This document shows positions 38,030-49,207 of a DNA stretch of 64,000 nt, piece by piece. The notes beneath the pieces were generated by a model. It did no database searches, was not told the DNA's origin, and saw nothing but the letters and a program-made list of their open reading frames with translations. Position numbers and translations under genes: made by a program. The DNA lies in NCBI GenBank assembly GCA_965202725.1, contig OZ241845.1, positions 1,346,172-1,410,171 on the forward strand, given 5' to 3'. Numbering within the stretch: the first letter of the stretch is position 1; every line of letters begins with the position of its first letter. This DNA is from Candidatus Poribacteria bacterium (lineage in GTDB: Bacteria; Poribacteria; WGA-4E; WGA-3G).

Positions 38030-38265
38030 TCATATCTCCTTTCGTAATCGAGCTCACCTACTGGGGGAGCGCGGTCAGCTTATGGAAAATTAGCCTTAGC
38101 ATTCGAAAACAAAAACAGCCCGCAGCCCAGCACACCACGCGCACGAGCATCAACAAAAAACACCAAGGGTAAGCACTCTTGACGTGCATATCTAAATTTA
38201 AAACAGTATTATATGCGAAAACAATTTCAAACGCCTACGATTTCTGTCAATATTGCGTCCATTCT

Positions 38266-38294
38266 ATTATACAAAGATCGAGCGTTTTTGCCAA
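38266..38294 (-). promoter_or_regulatory. sigma70 promoter of DGR target 2
   Basis: TTGGCA-17-TATAAT; the spacer begins AAAACGCTC as at 12001. Confidence 0.75.
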
Positions 38295-38586
38295 GTTTAA
38301 TTCGCATTGGATGCAGGGCTGTTTCGTTTTCGGCTCCGACATTGGTTTGGATTCACATAAGATAACGCATGTGGGCAAGATCCCGAGCACAGCTCGCTCC
38401 TACACGAAACATATTATCATAAATAAAGTAAATATGTAAAATGAAACGACCCTGGCATTGGATGTGTAGGGAGTTTTTGCTTGGGCGTTTCCCGAGTCCT
38501 TGCGGGCCTAGAGTCGTTTCTCAATGCGGGTGAGGCGACCTCGCCCCTACGAGAAGCGCGAAGCCTCTTTTTTTCAAATTATTGCC

Positions 38587-40041
38587 TCAATCTGTTGACA
38601 AAACCCGTGTTAAAATCTGATTCACAAGTTGGGGATTTGCCTTTCCACGAGTAGCACGCATCACCTGTCCTACAAGGAAGCCGATCGCTTTTTTCGAGCC
38701 ATCCCGGTAATCTTGGGCGGGACCAGGGTTCTCCTCAACAATTTGTAAGACGATGGCTTCTATCTCCGCGGTATCTGTAATTTGTGCTAACCCTTTTTCA
38801 GCAACAATCTCCGTCGGCATTTTTCCCGTTTCAAAAGCATCGTCAAGCACAGATTTGGCGATTTTGCCGCTGATGGTCGCATTCTCAATCAACCCGATGA
38901 GCTCGCTGAGATGCGCCGGTGTGACCTTCGCGGCTTGAATTTCAATTCCTGCCGTATTGAGGAGTCGAGTCAAATCGCCCATGATCCAGTTTACACAGGT
39001 AGTCGGTTCCCCACTGAGTTGCGCGGCTGCGTCGAAGAATTCCGCAAGTTGCCGGGTACGGGTCAGAAATTCAGCGTTCTCAGAAGAAATGCCGTAGTTC
39101 TCAATAAAGCGTTCTCGACGAGCAGTGGGCAGTTCCGGGAGTGTTGATTGAATGTCCGCAATCCATTCATCATCCATCTGAATGTGAACGAGATCGGGTT
39201 CAGGAAAATAACGATAGTCGTCTGCCTCCTCTTTGGTGCGCATTGCCACAGTTCTGCCGGTAGTTGCATCAAACAAAAGCGTCTCTTGGACGACCTCCTC
39301 ACCTGCGTCTAAGATGCGTGCCTGTCGTTTCACCTCATATTCCATCGCGTCAATCAACTCTTGGAACGAGTTCTTGTTTTTGATTTCTGTGCGCGTACCT
39401 AACGTTTTACTGCCTTTCGGTCTGAGAGAGAGGTTCGGCTCACACCGGAGGCTTCCCTCTTCCATGTTACAATCGCTGACCTCAATATATTCTAAAATCT
39501 CCTTGACGGCACGACAGTAAGCGATAGCCTCATGAGGGGAGTGTAGTTCGGGTTCGCTTACAATTTCCAATAAAGGGACACCTGCGCGATTGAAATCCAT
39601 AAAACTACGGGTCGGGTCACCCGTGACTTCGGCGTGAATCGATTTGCCAGCATCCTCTTCTAGATGAATTCTTCGGATCGCGACCGTCCGAAGTTCACCT
39701 TCAAACGCAAATGTCACCTGTCCGCTTTGACACAGGGGTATGTCGTATTGCGAGATTTGATAGTTCTTCGGTAAATCTGGGTAGAAATAGTTCTTACGGT
39801 CGAATTTACTAGAAGCCGTGATTTCACACCCCATCGCCAATCCAGCGCGAACTGCAAACGCTATGGCGCGTTTGTTGACAACGGGTAAGGCACCAGGCAT
39901 CCCTAAACAGATTGGACAAGTACAGTCGTTTGCCGAAGCACCGAAGGTATAGGCGCAATTGCAGAAAAGCTTACTCTCTGTGCATAATTCTGCGTGGATT
40001 TCTAATCCGATAATTATCTCATATTTTTCCATTTTTTCCAA
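38587..40041 (-). CDS. gatB: Asp-tRNA(Asn)/Glu-tRNA(Gln) amidotransferase subunit B
   Basis: IGLEIHAEL, FDRKNYFYPDLPK, HLEEDAGK, DYRYFPEPDL. Confidence 0.97.
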   Translation of the reverse strand: MEKMEKYEIIIGLEIHAELCTESKLFCNCAYTFGASANDCTCPICLGMPGALPVVNKRAIAFAVRAGLAMGCEITASSKFDRKNYFYPDLPKNYQISQYDIPLCQSGQVTFAFEGELRTVAIRRIHLEEDAGKSIHAEVTGDPTRSFMDFNRAGVPLLEIVSEPELHSPHEAIAYCRAVKEILEYIEVSDCNMEEGSLRCEPNLSLRPKGSKTLGTRTEIKNKNSFQELIDAMEYEVKRQARILDAGEEVVQETLLFDATTGRTVAMRTKEEADDYRYFPEPDLVHIQMDDEWIADIQSTLPELPTARRERFIENYGISSENAEFLTRTRQLAEFFDAAAQLSGEPTTCVNWIMGDLTRLLNTAGIEIQAAKVTPAHLSELIGLIENATISGKIAKSVLDDAFETGKMPTEIVAEKGLAQITDTAEIEAIVLQIVEENPGPAQDYRDGSKKAIGFLVGQVMRATRGKANPQLVNQILTRVLSTD

Positions 40042-40107
40042 TTCACCCAGCCAAGGCGTGTTTTAAAATGGCTGTCGGCAGTTAGTAGGCCGATAACCAA
40101 TCGCTTC

Positions 40108-40869
40108 TTAAGATAATTCGTTGACGACAGCGACATTCGCTTCAACTTCACTTTCCGAGGTCATCCCGATAGTCATAGCGTGCACACAAGGCAAACCCAT
40201 CACAAATTTAATTGCCTCGCGCTGCCCTTTTGTATCTTCTGCCAATTTGCCCTGCCCGAGGACCTTCATGCCGTAGATACCCTTTCCAGCAAACGCCATC
40301 TGTTCCATAGTGCGGATAACATCAGCAGGAGAGGCATCCATGTGAACCCCTGCATGATTGATCCGAGCCAAAACGACATCCACCCACTCTGTCATCGCGG
40401 ATGTTTGGAACGCACCAAAGTCATGACAAGATACACCGTGTGCACGAATCAATCCCTGTTCTTTACAGCGAACCAGTGCGTCCATCGCATCTGGGTATCG
40501 TTGCGGCCAGTCAACCTGTGTGAGGCAGTGGAGCAGCACAATATCGACATAATCAGAATCGATTTCTCTCAAGAAACGCTTCACATCCGCCTCTACGGTT
40601 TCTCGCGTGCGGGACACTGTCTTCGTCGTGATAGCGACACTTTCGCGTGGCAGTTCCTTGAGTGCTGCCTGAACATGTGGATGGCTCCCGTATTGATCTG
40701 CAGAATCCCAAAATGTAACGCCTTTTTCGTAGGAAAACAGGAGCAAATCCCGTAAGGCTTCAAATCCCAAGTCCGTCTGATTTGAACGACCATTCCAGCC
40801 ATTTGACCCTGTGCCAATAGAGAGTCGTGAAACATTCAAACCTGTTTTTCCGAGTGCTACAATTTCCAT
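40108..40869 (-). CDS. Aldo/keto reductase
   Basis: LGKTGLNVSRL, WDSADQYG, DYVDIVLLH. Confidence 0.88.
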   Translation of the reverse strand: MEIVALGKTGLNVSRLSIGTGSNGWNGRSNQTDLGFEALRDLLLFSYEKGVTFWDSADQYGSHPHVQAALKELPRESVAITTKTVSRTRETVEADVKRFLREIDSDYVDIVLLHCLTQVDWPQRYPDAMDALVRCKEQGLIRAHGVSCHDFGAFQTSAMTEWVDVVLARINHAGVHMDASPADVIRTMEQMAFAGKGIYGMKVLGQGKLAEDTKGQREAIKFVMGLPCVHAMTIGMTSESEVEANVAVVNELS

Positions 40870-41192
40870 CAGATACCTCCCGTGTTTTTTATCTACATTG
40901 CATCCAAACCGCGCAATCAGTCAAGTTTGAATTAAGTGTAACACACTGCCCCGAAATTAGGCAACTGATTTCTCTAATATAGGGTTACACAGGCTGCTCT
41001 TTTGTAGCAGAACCCCTCGCTTGCGGGGGGCGAGGGTGCCCCCAGAATGCCTATGTTTCTTCACAAACTTACTTTTTTGTTGCTTTTTGACTCCAAATAA
41101 CGTTATAGTATACGATAACAATTAGGAAGCCTCTGTCCTCAACAGTCGAACGCACGCCTAATTTCTATAAGGAGTACCGCAAAAGACCTGAA

Positions 41193-43472
41193 ATGAAACA
41201 CATAAAGTTTTTTAGCAGCAACCCAATCCAGCCCAATCGAACAGCGAACGCATATATCGCGTTAGCTTTCATGAGCATTCAGAAATTTTTTGGGGGTTTG
41301 CTGGTCTTGGCTTATAGCTGCTTTGTAATAGGGACACCCGTTTTTGCTGATAAAGAACGTAGTGCGGCATGGCAAGAAGCCTTCGCCTTGGTTGATAAAA
41401 GACAGCGCAAAAGTGCGGTTCTGAAATTGGAGGCTTTATTGGAAACCGGCCTGTCCGAGTCAGAGAAACTTGAGATTCATCATGCGCTGGGTTACAACTA
41501 TGAAAAACTCATGAACCGTCCGAAAGCAGTTCGCCACTACGCACGAGTTGTCTCGTTCAACTATCCATTAGCAGATTACGCAGCCTACCGCCTTGCACGG
41601 CTATACGAGGGTATGAAGAATGAAACGCGGGCGGTAAAATGGTATGCACAGATCGTGAGGGACTATCCAAAGAGTTTCTACTTTTTAGATGCAAAATGGG
41701 CTTTATCCAAATTGTATCTTGATAAGCAACAGTATGCAGCAGCGAGACCACACTTAAACGAATTGGCTACACACCGGCAATACGCGCGGAGAGCAGCTTT
41801 TGCGTTAGCTCGTTGTGATGAAGGCCTCGGTGCCACTGCTGATGCGTTTGACGCGTATCGTGAACTCATTCAGACAGAACACTCAAGCAAGGTTGCAAAA
41901 GAAGCACTTGATCGCCTCAAACAACTGATGAGAAAAGATAAGTCTTTAAAACTCACCGCTGATGATCGGATTAATTGTGGCTTAGTTTTCTTTTCACATA
42001 GGGCATGGGAGTCGGCTATAGCAGAATTGGAACGGATTCCCGAAACAGTAGATTTAAGCACGCGTGGGTACTCGCTTTACCTCATCGGAAAGAGCTATCA
42101 GGAACGCAAGTGGTACAACACAGCGATTAAAAAATTTAACGCTGTGATTGCCTTCGGTCATAAAAGTGAATATTTAACGCGTGCGACCTATCAAGTTGCA
42201 CAATGTTACCGGCGGAAGGGACACCTCAAAACTGCGGTGGGTCGACTTGAGGACTTCGTGAAAAAATACACATGGAGCGAACTCTTGGACAACGCGCTTT
42301 ACGATATTGCACAAATCCGTGAAAAACAAGGCGAATCGGAAGCAGCCCTCAACGCTTACGCGCGTTTAATAGAAATGGCACCCAAGAGTCCATACGCTGA
42401 TGTAGCAGCGTGGAGAACCGGGTGGCAACGTTTTGACGAAGGGCGCTATGAAGAAAGTTACACGACTTTCAAAGGACTGAAGGAACACTTCCCTGGCAAT
42501 AGATATGCGATGGGGGCACATTTCTGGATGGCAAAGATTCGTGAGCGCCAAAATAAACCCGCGCTGGCACGGAAACTATACCAAGAAGTTGCTGAAGCCC
42601 AGTATTGGTACTATACCGCGAGGGCAAAAGCGATTCTCGGGATCACCAGATCTGAGTTGGAACCGAAAGCCGTTGAGGATGCAAAATTACCGGTACCGCA
42701 GGCGAGTCCAAAACAGATTCCATTGTTGATGGAACTCCGGCTCTACGAAGACGCTATTGCACAATTGAACCGGCACATTGATATGAACTCGCTCCCCGAA
42801 CGCCAATGTTTTTACAACCTGATTACATGTTATGAACGCCTCGCGATGTACGATAAAGCCCGCGAACTCACTGAAGAGGCACTTGAAAGCCCCGCTTTCG
42901 CCCACGCATCGCATGCCGATTTAGCGACACTCGAACAGAAGCTTTATCCGCACCATTATGCTGATGCAGTTGAAAAGTATGCCAAAATGTATAACGTTGA
43001 TACTTTCTTAATTGCCGCTATGATTTTGGAAGAGAGCCGCTACAATGCGGAAGCAATTAGCTGGGCAGGCGCGATCGGATTGATGCAGATTATGCCCGCC
43101 ACTGGCAGGGAACTCGCGCAACAGCTCAAAATCCGGCGTTTCCGGACTTCGATGCTCAAACAAGTGGACCTTAATATCCGGATGGGGACAAAGTATATAT
43201 CGGACCTCAACTCGTGGTTTGATGGCAACCCGATGCTGGTCATCGGGGCATATAACGGAGGTCCCGGGCGAATGAAACGATGGGTGAAGTCAAAAAACAT
43301 AAAGGACATTGACGAATTCGTAGAGAAAATTACAATTCGAGAAACGCGGCTTCATATCAAGAAGGTTATCAACAGCTACGACCACTACGTCCGGATTTAT
43401 AAAAAAACAGATGAGCCACCCGCTGTGAATTCAGCAACAGATATAGGCGAAAAACGGCTACAAGGTTTTTAA
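41193..43472 (+). CDS. Soluble lytic transglycosylase with TPR repeats
   Basis: TPR helices, EESRY, GAIGLMQIMPATG, AYNGGPG, ETR. Start may be 41271. Confidence 0.9.
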   Translation: MKHIKFFSSNPIQPNRTANAYIALAFMSIQKFFGGLLVLAYSCFVIGTPVFADKERSAAWQEAFALVDKRQRKSAVLKLEALLETGLSESEKLEIHHALGYNYEKLMNRPKAVRHYARVVSFNYPLADYAAYRLARLYEGMKNETRAVKWYAQIVRDYPKSFYFLDAKWALSKLYLDKQQYAAARPHLNELATHRQYARRAAFALARCDEGLGATADAFDAYRELIQTEHSSKVAKEALDRLKQLMRKDKSLKLTADDRINCGLVFFSHRAWESAIAELERIPETVDLSTRGYSLYLIGKSYQERKWYNTAIKKFNAVIAFGHKSEYLTRATYQVAQCYRRKGHLKTAVGRLEDFVKKYTWSELLDNALYDIAQIREKQGESEAALNAYARLIEMAPKSPYADVAAWRTGWQRFDEGRYEESYTTFKGLKEHFPGNRYAMGAHFWMAKIRERQNKPALARKLYQEVAEAQYWYYTARAKAILGITRSELEPKAVEDAKLPVPQASPKQIPLLMELRLYEDAIAQLNRHIDMNSLPERQCFYNLITCYERLAMYDKARELTEEALESPAFAHASHADLATLEQKLYPHHYADAVEKYAKMYNVDTFLIAAMILEESRYNAEAISWAGAIGLMQIMPATGRELAQQLKIRRFRTSMLKQVDLNIRMGTKYISDLNSWFDGNPMLVIGAYNGGPGRMKRWVKSKNIKDIDEFVEKITIRETRLHIKKVINSYDHYVRIYKKTDEPPAVNSATDIGEKRLQGF

Positions 43473-43577
43473 AATATTTAATCTGGTCGCGGTCCTACTT
43501 CGTTTCACAAATCAACGGTATGAAGGCTCGCCGTATGGCATTCCCCGGGTTTTCGGTTAATGGCAACCGCACAAAGT

Positions 43578-45287
43578 CTACAAAACAATCACTTCTGGTG
43601 TTTTGTTGCGTGTCAGAAGGATACGGCGGTACCAATCGGCATCGTTTTGGGTAGGAAAGTCGGCGCGGTAGTGTGCCCCGCGACTTTCAGTGCGAACGAG
43701 AGCAGCCTGGGTTATCATCCATGCAGCATTAAGCATATTAACTGCTTCAATGATCGCTACATCTGTCGTCTGGAGAAGGATCGGTGAAACCGAGTCCCTG
43801 TGCCCAGCAAAATCGGTTCTGTCTACGGATGCTGCTTGTAGGTTTTCCAAACTTATTGTCAAATTTTGCAATTCGGCGAGGGTTCGTCTTAACCCCTCGC
43901 CATTTCTTTCAATGCTGACATTTCCCCAGAGCGTTTCCCGAATTGTCCGCTTCATCGTTTCCACAAAGGTAGGATCTGTTTCAACAGATATTGGGTTGTT
44001 CTCAAGGGCTGCTATATCTGGCGGGTAATTAGAAGACTCGGATTCGGCAAAGATAGCGGCATTTGTCCCAGCGCGGGCACCAAAGACAAGACACTCTAAA
44101 AGGGAATTGCTTGCCAAGCGATTTGCACCATGAACGCCGGTACATGCCACTTCTCCGCAGGCATAAAGTCCTTTAAGGTTGGTTTCAGTATCGGTGTTAG
44201 TGCGGATACCGCCCATCATGAAGTGGGCACCCGGGCAGACGGGTATTAAGTCAACGCTAATATCTAAGCCGTAACGTTTTGTCGTGTCAGCGATAGTTGG
44301 AAATCGTTGAAGTATAAATTCAGCTGGTTTATGAGTAATATCAAGGTAGACACAAGGGAAGCCGGTTAACGCCATTTCGTTTTGAATGGAGCGGCTGACG
44401 ACATCGCGGGGTGCGAGTTCACCCTTCTCGTGGTATTTCCACATAAAACGCTCACCACGTATATTGATAAGTTCCCCACCTTCCCCGCGTACTGCTTCAG
44501 AGATCAAGAAGCTAGGCGCACCATCCAAGTAAAGTGTTGTCGGATGGAACTGCACGAATTCCATATCCACCATCTCACATCCGGCACGCCACGCTGCTGC
44601 AAAACCGTCCCCAGTTGCTACTTTTGGATTAGAGGTACAGGGATAGAGTCGCCCGAGCCCACCTGTGGCAAGAATTGTGGCTCTCGCTCGGATGTAGACC
44701 AACGCCTCATCGACAACAGCAGTCACGCCGTAACATGTGAGGGGCTCCTCACGCCCTGCTGCAAGATTGGCATCTGTCAATAGGTCAACAGCAAAAGCAC
44801 TCTGCAGGACCCGGATACGTTCAGTATTCAGCACACGTTGAATAAGGACATCCGTCGTTTCACGTCCGGTTGCATCACCTTTGTGGACGATTCGCCGCCG
44901 ACTGTGAGCTGCTTCCTGCGTAAAACGGGGTAAAGTTCCTTCCCAATCAAAGTTCGCACCCCAGTCGAGGAGTTCTGCGACCCTTGGAATACCTTCAGAT
45001 ACCATCATTTCAACGGCATGGACATCACACAAGTCAGCCCCAGCTGCGCAAGTATCTTTGATGTGCAGGGCGATCGTGTCATCAAGGTTCATAGCGACAG
45101 CAATGCCACCTTGCGCATAGTGTGTGTTGCTTTCGGTGAGGGTCGTTTTGGTAATTAGCGTCACATCGGCGCGCTCGCTGGCAGCGAGCGCAGCACGCAA
45201 CCCTGCAGCACCACTACCGATGATGAGGACATCGGTATCCCAACTTGAGTGTCTCTTGGGATCCATTACGGATGTTGGATTTTCCAT
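43578..45287 (-). CDS. nadB: L-aspartate oxidase
   Basis: GSGAAGL, YAQGGIA, EAAHSRRRIVH, TGVHGANRLASNSLLE. Start uncertain. Confidence 0.92.
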   Translation of the reverse strand: MENPTSVMDPKRHSSWDTDVLIIGSGAAGLRAALAASERADVTLITKTTLTESNTHYAQGGIAVAMNLDDTIALHIKDTCAAGADLCDVHAVEMMVSEGIPRVAELLDWGANFDWEGTLPRFTQEAAHSRRRIVHKGDATGRETTDVLIQRVLNTERIRVLQSAFAVDLLTDANLAAGREEPLTCYGVTAVVDEALVYIRARATILATGGLGRLYPCTSNPKVATGDGFAAAWRAGCEMVDMEFVQFHPTTLYLDGAPSFLISEAVRGEGGELINIRGERFMWKYHEKGELAPRDVVSRSIQNEMALTGFPCVYLDITHKPAEFILQRFPTIADTTKRYGLDISVDLIPVCPGAHFMMGGIRTNTDTETNLKGLYACGEVACTGVHGANRLASNSLLECLVFGARAGTNAAIFAESESSNYPPDIAALENNPISVETDPTFVETMKRTIRETLWGNVSIERNGEGLRRTLAELQNLTISLENLQAASVDRTDFAGHRDSVSPILLQTTDVAIIEAVNMLNAAWMITQAALVRTESRGAHYRADFPTQNDADWYRRILLTRNKTPEVIVL

Positions 45288-45449
45288 TTTTTTACTATTG
45301 AATCTGGGCATCCTTCCACGCTGTTTTGGGGTGGACACGCGCATAAGCGATCTGCTTCACGACGGGCTTTGGTTCATGCCAACGCAACAGGGCCTTCCCA
45401 AGGCTTCTCATTTACGTTTTCGGTTTGCTCCTTTTACTGAGCTGATGCC

Positions 45450-45899
45450 TTAGGCACCGAAACTTTCATTCACAGGCACAACCTTACCGGTGCCTGTAGC
45501 GATAAGCGTCCCGTCCGCGAGCCTAACCTCCGCTTCTGCCTCTACCAATCTTCGCGAAACTTTAATACGTTTTGCAGACACAAATAGTTTCACGCGAGTC
45601 GGTGCCGGATTACGAAAACGTACCTCAAGCTGCGCTGTTACTGCGTGCTGTCCGAACGTACTAATCCCAACGTAAGTAATCGCTTCATCCAACAAGGTAC
45701 TAAGGATACCGCCGTGTAGAATATCTGCCCATCCTTGCAAATGTTCTCCAGGGGTGCACACAATGCGGACCATGGCCCCATCCGCTTCAATGTCAGGTTT
45801 AACCTGAAGTCCGAATGGATTTCTCATCCCGCAGACAAAGCAGTGATCATTATTCAGCAAGAGATCCTCAGATGTGTCAGATTGTATATCAGTCATCAT
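45450..45899 (-). CDS. PaaI-family thioesterase
   Basis: CFVCG..NP.GL and HGGILSTLLDE. Confidence 0.88.
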   Translation of the reverse strand: MMTDIQSDTSEDLLLNNDHCFVCGMRNPFGLQVKPDIEADGAMVRIVCTPGEHLQGWADILHGGILSTLLDEAITYVGISTFGQHAVTAQLEVRFRNPAPTRVKLFVSAKRIKVSRRLVEAEAEVRLADGTLIATGTGKVVPVNESFGA

Positions 45900-48570
45900 T
45901 TCCCTCTACGGATTGGGTCAACATTGCGATGCTTCGCGCCAATTTTTCCTGTTCAACTAACAGCCGTTCAAGTTGTGCCTTCTTTTGGGCGACGACTTTT
46001 TCGGGGGCACGTTGGATGAAATTGGGATTATCTAAAGTCTTCTGTGCTGCCGTCACGTCCTTGACTGCCTGCTGATACCGCTTACTGAGTCTTGCATGTT
46101 CAGCATCAAGATCAATTACATCGGCAAGTGGGACATAGATGGCCAGATCGCCAATGACGGCTTCTGCTGAAGCAGGGGGCTTTTGTAACCTTTCAGCAAT
46201 GGTGATCCCTGAAACTCGCGTAAAAGCGGGCAAGTACTGAGCAAGATACCTTTCGAAGCGGTCCCGAATATCAGCATCTGGACACTGGATGTGGACTTCT
46301 ATGGAGGCGCCCATAGGAACATTTAACTCGCCACGAATGCTGCGAATGCTCTCAATGACTTCCATAAGGGTTGCCATAGTAGCTTCTGCCTCTGAATTTT
46401 CTCCTATCGGCTCTGGCCACGGGGCGATAGCTACCGAGCGTTTCTCTACTGCGAATTCGCTTCTACTACCGCCATGTGGGAGTTGTTGCCAAATCTCTTC
46501 GCTCACAAACGGCATAATCGGGTGGATGAGTCGCATCGTCTGCTCCAAAATATCGGCAGCCACCCAGAGTGCCTCCGGTTCATCTCGAGCGATTCGTTGT
46601 TTGGTGAATTCCAGATACCAATCACAAAATTCATGCCAGAGGAAGGCATAAAGCCCCTGTGCTGCCTCATAGAATCGGAAGTTTTCGAGGGCATCCGTCG
46701 TCGTTTCAATAGTATAGTTAAGACGGCTCCGTATCCACGCGATTTCCAGTGTCTCTTGATGCGTTTCCACTGCCCTTGTTTCAGTAGGAATAGGGTGTTT
46801 TTCTAAATTCATGAGAATAAATCGGGCTGCGTTCCAGATTTTATTGGCAAACCGTCTGCCCGCCTCAATTTGTGATTCGAGGAGCGCGACATAAGGGAGG
46901 GGTGTACTCACGTTTGCAAGTGCGAAACGGAAAGCGTCAGCCCCATAGGTCGCAATTGTCTCCAGCGGGTCAATGCTATTACCCTTTGACTTGCTCATCT
47001 TCTGTCCCTTTTCATCAGCGACGAGACCGTGTAGATAGACGGTTCGGAACGGGACTTCATCCATACAACCCAATCCTAACATTATCATCCGTGCGACCCA
47101 GAAGAAAAGGATATCCCAGCCGGTCACAAGGACAGAGGTAGGGTAGAAGGTCTTCAATTCGGGTGTTTCCGCCGGCCATCCCATAGTGGAGAACGGCCAG
47201 AGTCCAGAACTGAACCAAGTATCTAAAACATCTTCTTCTTGTCGGAAATCCGAAGCACCACACTTGCATTGCTGTGGTGTTTCTATCGTGGCGGTAACCG
47301 CACTGCACGCGTTACAGTACCATATCGGAATTCGATGTCCCCACCACCGTTGGCGTGCAATGGGCCAGGGTTCGATGTTTTCCATCCAATGATAGAAACG
47401 CGCTGTTTCGCGCTCTGGTATAAATTTGACTGCTCCTGTTTGGGTAGCCTCTATTGCGCGCTCAGCAAGCGGTTTAACATTCATAAACCACTGCAAGGAT
47501 ATAGTTGGTTCAACAACTGCACCGCACCGATCATGGTGCCCAACGGTGTGTCGATGCGGAACAATTTTGACGAGGTAGTCAGCATTCTGTAAATCTTCGA
47601 CAACACGCTTACGACAGTCCGGTCTTGATAAACCGGCATATTTTTCTGGCGCGTTTTCGTTTATATATCCATTTCGGGTAAACACGGTACACTGTTCGAG
47701 ATTATGCCGCAAACCAATTTCATAGTCGTTCGTATCGTGTGCGGGTGTCACTTTCAGCGCGCCGGTACCGAACGCTCTATCGACATAAGCATCGGCGATG
47801 ATCGGAATCTCGCGATCACACAGGGGGAGCTGGGCCTTTTTTCCGATGAGATGTTGGTAGCGTTCATCGTCGGGATGCACAGCAACAGCAGTATCGCCCA
47901 ACATCGTTTCGGGGCGCGTTGTAGCAATTTGAAGTACCACCTGACTATCTTTCACCGGATAACGGATGTGATAAAAGTTACCATCTATATCAATAGGTTC
48001 CACTTCAAGATTACTAATGACGGTGTTACACTGTGGGCACCAATTTGCCATATAGGTATCTTGGTAGATGAGTCCCCGCTCGTAGAATTTGACGAAAGCG
48101 GTGCGCACGGCTTTAGAAAGTCCCTCATCAAGTGTAAAACGCTCGCGTTCCCAATCGCAGGAGCATCCTATCTGTTGGAGTTGAGATACGATATAACCCG
48201 CAGATTCCGCTTTCCACTGCCACATTCGCTCAATGAATTTTTCGCGACCGATTGCAGCGCGGCTCATGCCCTCTTCGGCAAGTTCCCGCTCCATAATCAG
48301 CTCAGTGACAATGCCTGCGTGGTCTGTCCCCGGCATCCAGAGCGCGTTATAGCCTTGCATGCGGCGCCAGCGGATGAGACAATCCTGAAGCGTATTATCA
48401 AGAGCATGCCCGATATGCAAGCTACCGGTGATATTCGGCGGTGGGATCACAATTGCATAGGGCCGTTTTTCGGAAGTCGCCTCGGCATGAAAGTAGTTGT
48501 TTTTCTGCCAAAATTGGTACCATTTCCCCTCGATTTCCTGAGGAGTATAGGTTTTCGGAAGATTTGTCAT
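45889..48570 (-). CDS. valS: Valine--tRNA ligase
   Basis: PPPNITGSLHIGH, KMSKSKGN and a C-terminal coiled coil. Confidence 0.97.
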   Translation of the reverse strand: MTNLPKTYTPQEIEGKWYQFWQKNNYFHAEATSEKRPYAIVIPPPNITGSLHIGHALDNTLQDCLIRWRRMQGYNALWMPGTDHAGIVTELIMERELAEEGMSRAAIGREKFIERMWQWKAESAGYIVSQLQQIGCSCDWERERFTLDEGLSKAVRTAFVKFYERGLIYQDTYMANWCPQCNTVISNLEVEPIDIDGNFYHIRYPVKDSQVVLQIATTRPETMLGDTAVAVHPDDERYQHLIGKKAQLPLCDREIPIIADAYVDRAFGTGALKVTPAHDTNDYEIGLRHNLEQCTVFTRNGYINENAPEKYAGLSRPDCRKRVVEDLQNADYLVKIVPHRHTVGHHDRCGAVVEPTISLQWFMNVKPLAERAIEATQTGAVKFIPERETARFYHWMENIEPWPIARQRWWGHRIPIWYCNACSAVTATIETPQQCKCGASDFRQEEDVLDTWFSSGLWPFSTMGWPAETPELKTFYPTSVLVTGWDILFFWVARMIMLGLGCMDEVPFRTVYLHGLVADEKGQKMSKSKGNSIDPLETIATYGADAFRFALANVSTPLPYVALLESQIEAGRRFANKIWNAARFILMNLEKHPIPTETRAVETHQETLEIAWIRSRLNYTIETTTDALENFRFYEAAQGLYAFLWHEFCDWYLEFTKQRIARDEPEALWVAADILEQTMRLIHPIMPFVSEEIWQQLPHGGSRSEFAVEKRSVAIAPWPEPIGENSEAEATMATLMEVIESIRSIRGELNVPMGASIEVHIQCPDADIRDRFERYLAQYLPAFTRVSGITIAERLQKPPASAEAVIGDLAIYVPLADVIDLDAEHARLSKRYQQAVKDVTAAQKTLDNPNFIQRAPEKVVAQKKAQLERLLVEQEKLARSIAMLTQSVEGNDD

Positions 48571-48616
48571 GTGCGTGAAGACCTTTCTTTGCAATACCCG
48601 TTTGCGATCAGCATCA

Positions 48617-49180
48617 TTAGGAGAAGAGCGGCTCTACCCATCCGTATGTTCCTTTTGTCGTTTCATAAAGCAGATTCACCTGCCGCGTCTCTGCGTTTAG
48701 AAACAGGAGAAATGCCGCATTCGAGGCTTGAAGTTCTGTCGCAGCCTCTGCTACAGTGAGCGGTTTAGAAGCAAATTTCTCTTGCGTTGCCACAATTGCC
48801 GGAATTTCTTCAGGCATATCCATTTCCAATGGCATTTCTTCTTCACTGTTTGGATTGAGCCGCGCGACGACCTCTCGGCGGGGTGCGATATTTCTTCTGT
48901 CTTTTACTCTGTCTCTATAACGACGAATTTGGCTCACAATTTTATCCGTCGCGCTGTCGATTGCCGCCACGACTTCATCCGTATGGCTCTTCGCATAGAA
49001 TGATACACGTGGTGCTGTGACCATCACCTCCGCATCAAAGCGATGCTTCTCTGCTTTCAGGACGATATTTAACTCGTGCATCCCCGCAAAACGGGACTCA
49101 ATTCTATCAGCGCGTTTCAGGATATGCGCATGAAGATCCTCGGTAATTTTCAAATTGTGTCCGGAATAAGTTACCTTCAT
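48617..49180 (-). CDS. hpf: Ribosome hibernation promoting factor (long HPF)
   Basis: sigma54 modulation protein fold; downstream of rpoN; AGGAGG RBS. Confidence 0.88.
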   Translation of the reverse strand: MKVTYSGHNLKITEDLHAHILKRADRIESRFAGMHELNIVLKAEKHRFDAEVMVTAPRVSFYAKSHTDEVVAAIDSATDKIVSQIRRYRDRVKDRRNIAPRREVVARLNPNSEEEMPLEMDMPEEIPAIVATQEKFASKPLTVAEAATELQASNAAFLLFLNAETRQVNLLYETTKGTYGWVEPLFS

Positions 49181-49207
49181 TTCCATCCTCCTATTTTCTA
49201 TCGGCTG

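Noticed and set aside
47704-48759. 351-aa plus-strand ORF
   Set aside because: Antisense shadow of valS. The same applies to other antisense ORFs such as 26440-27183 and 40180-40755.
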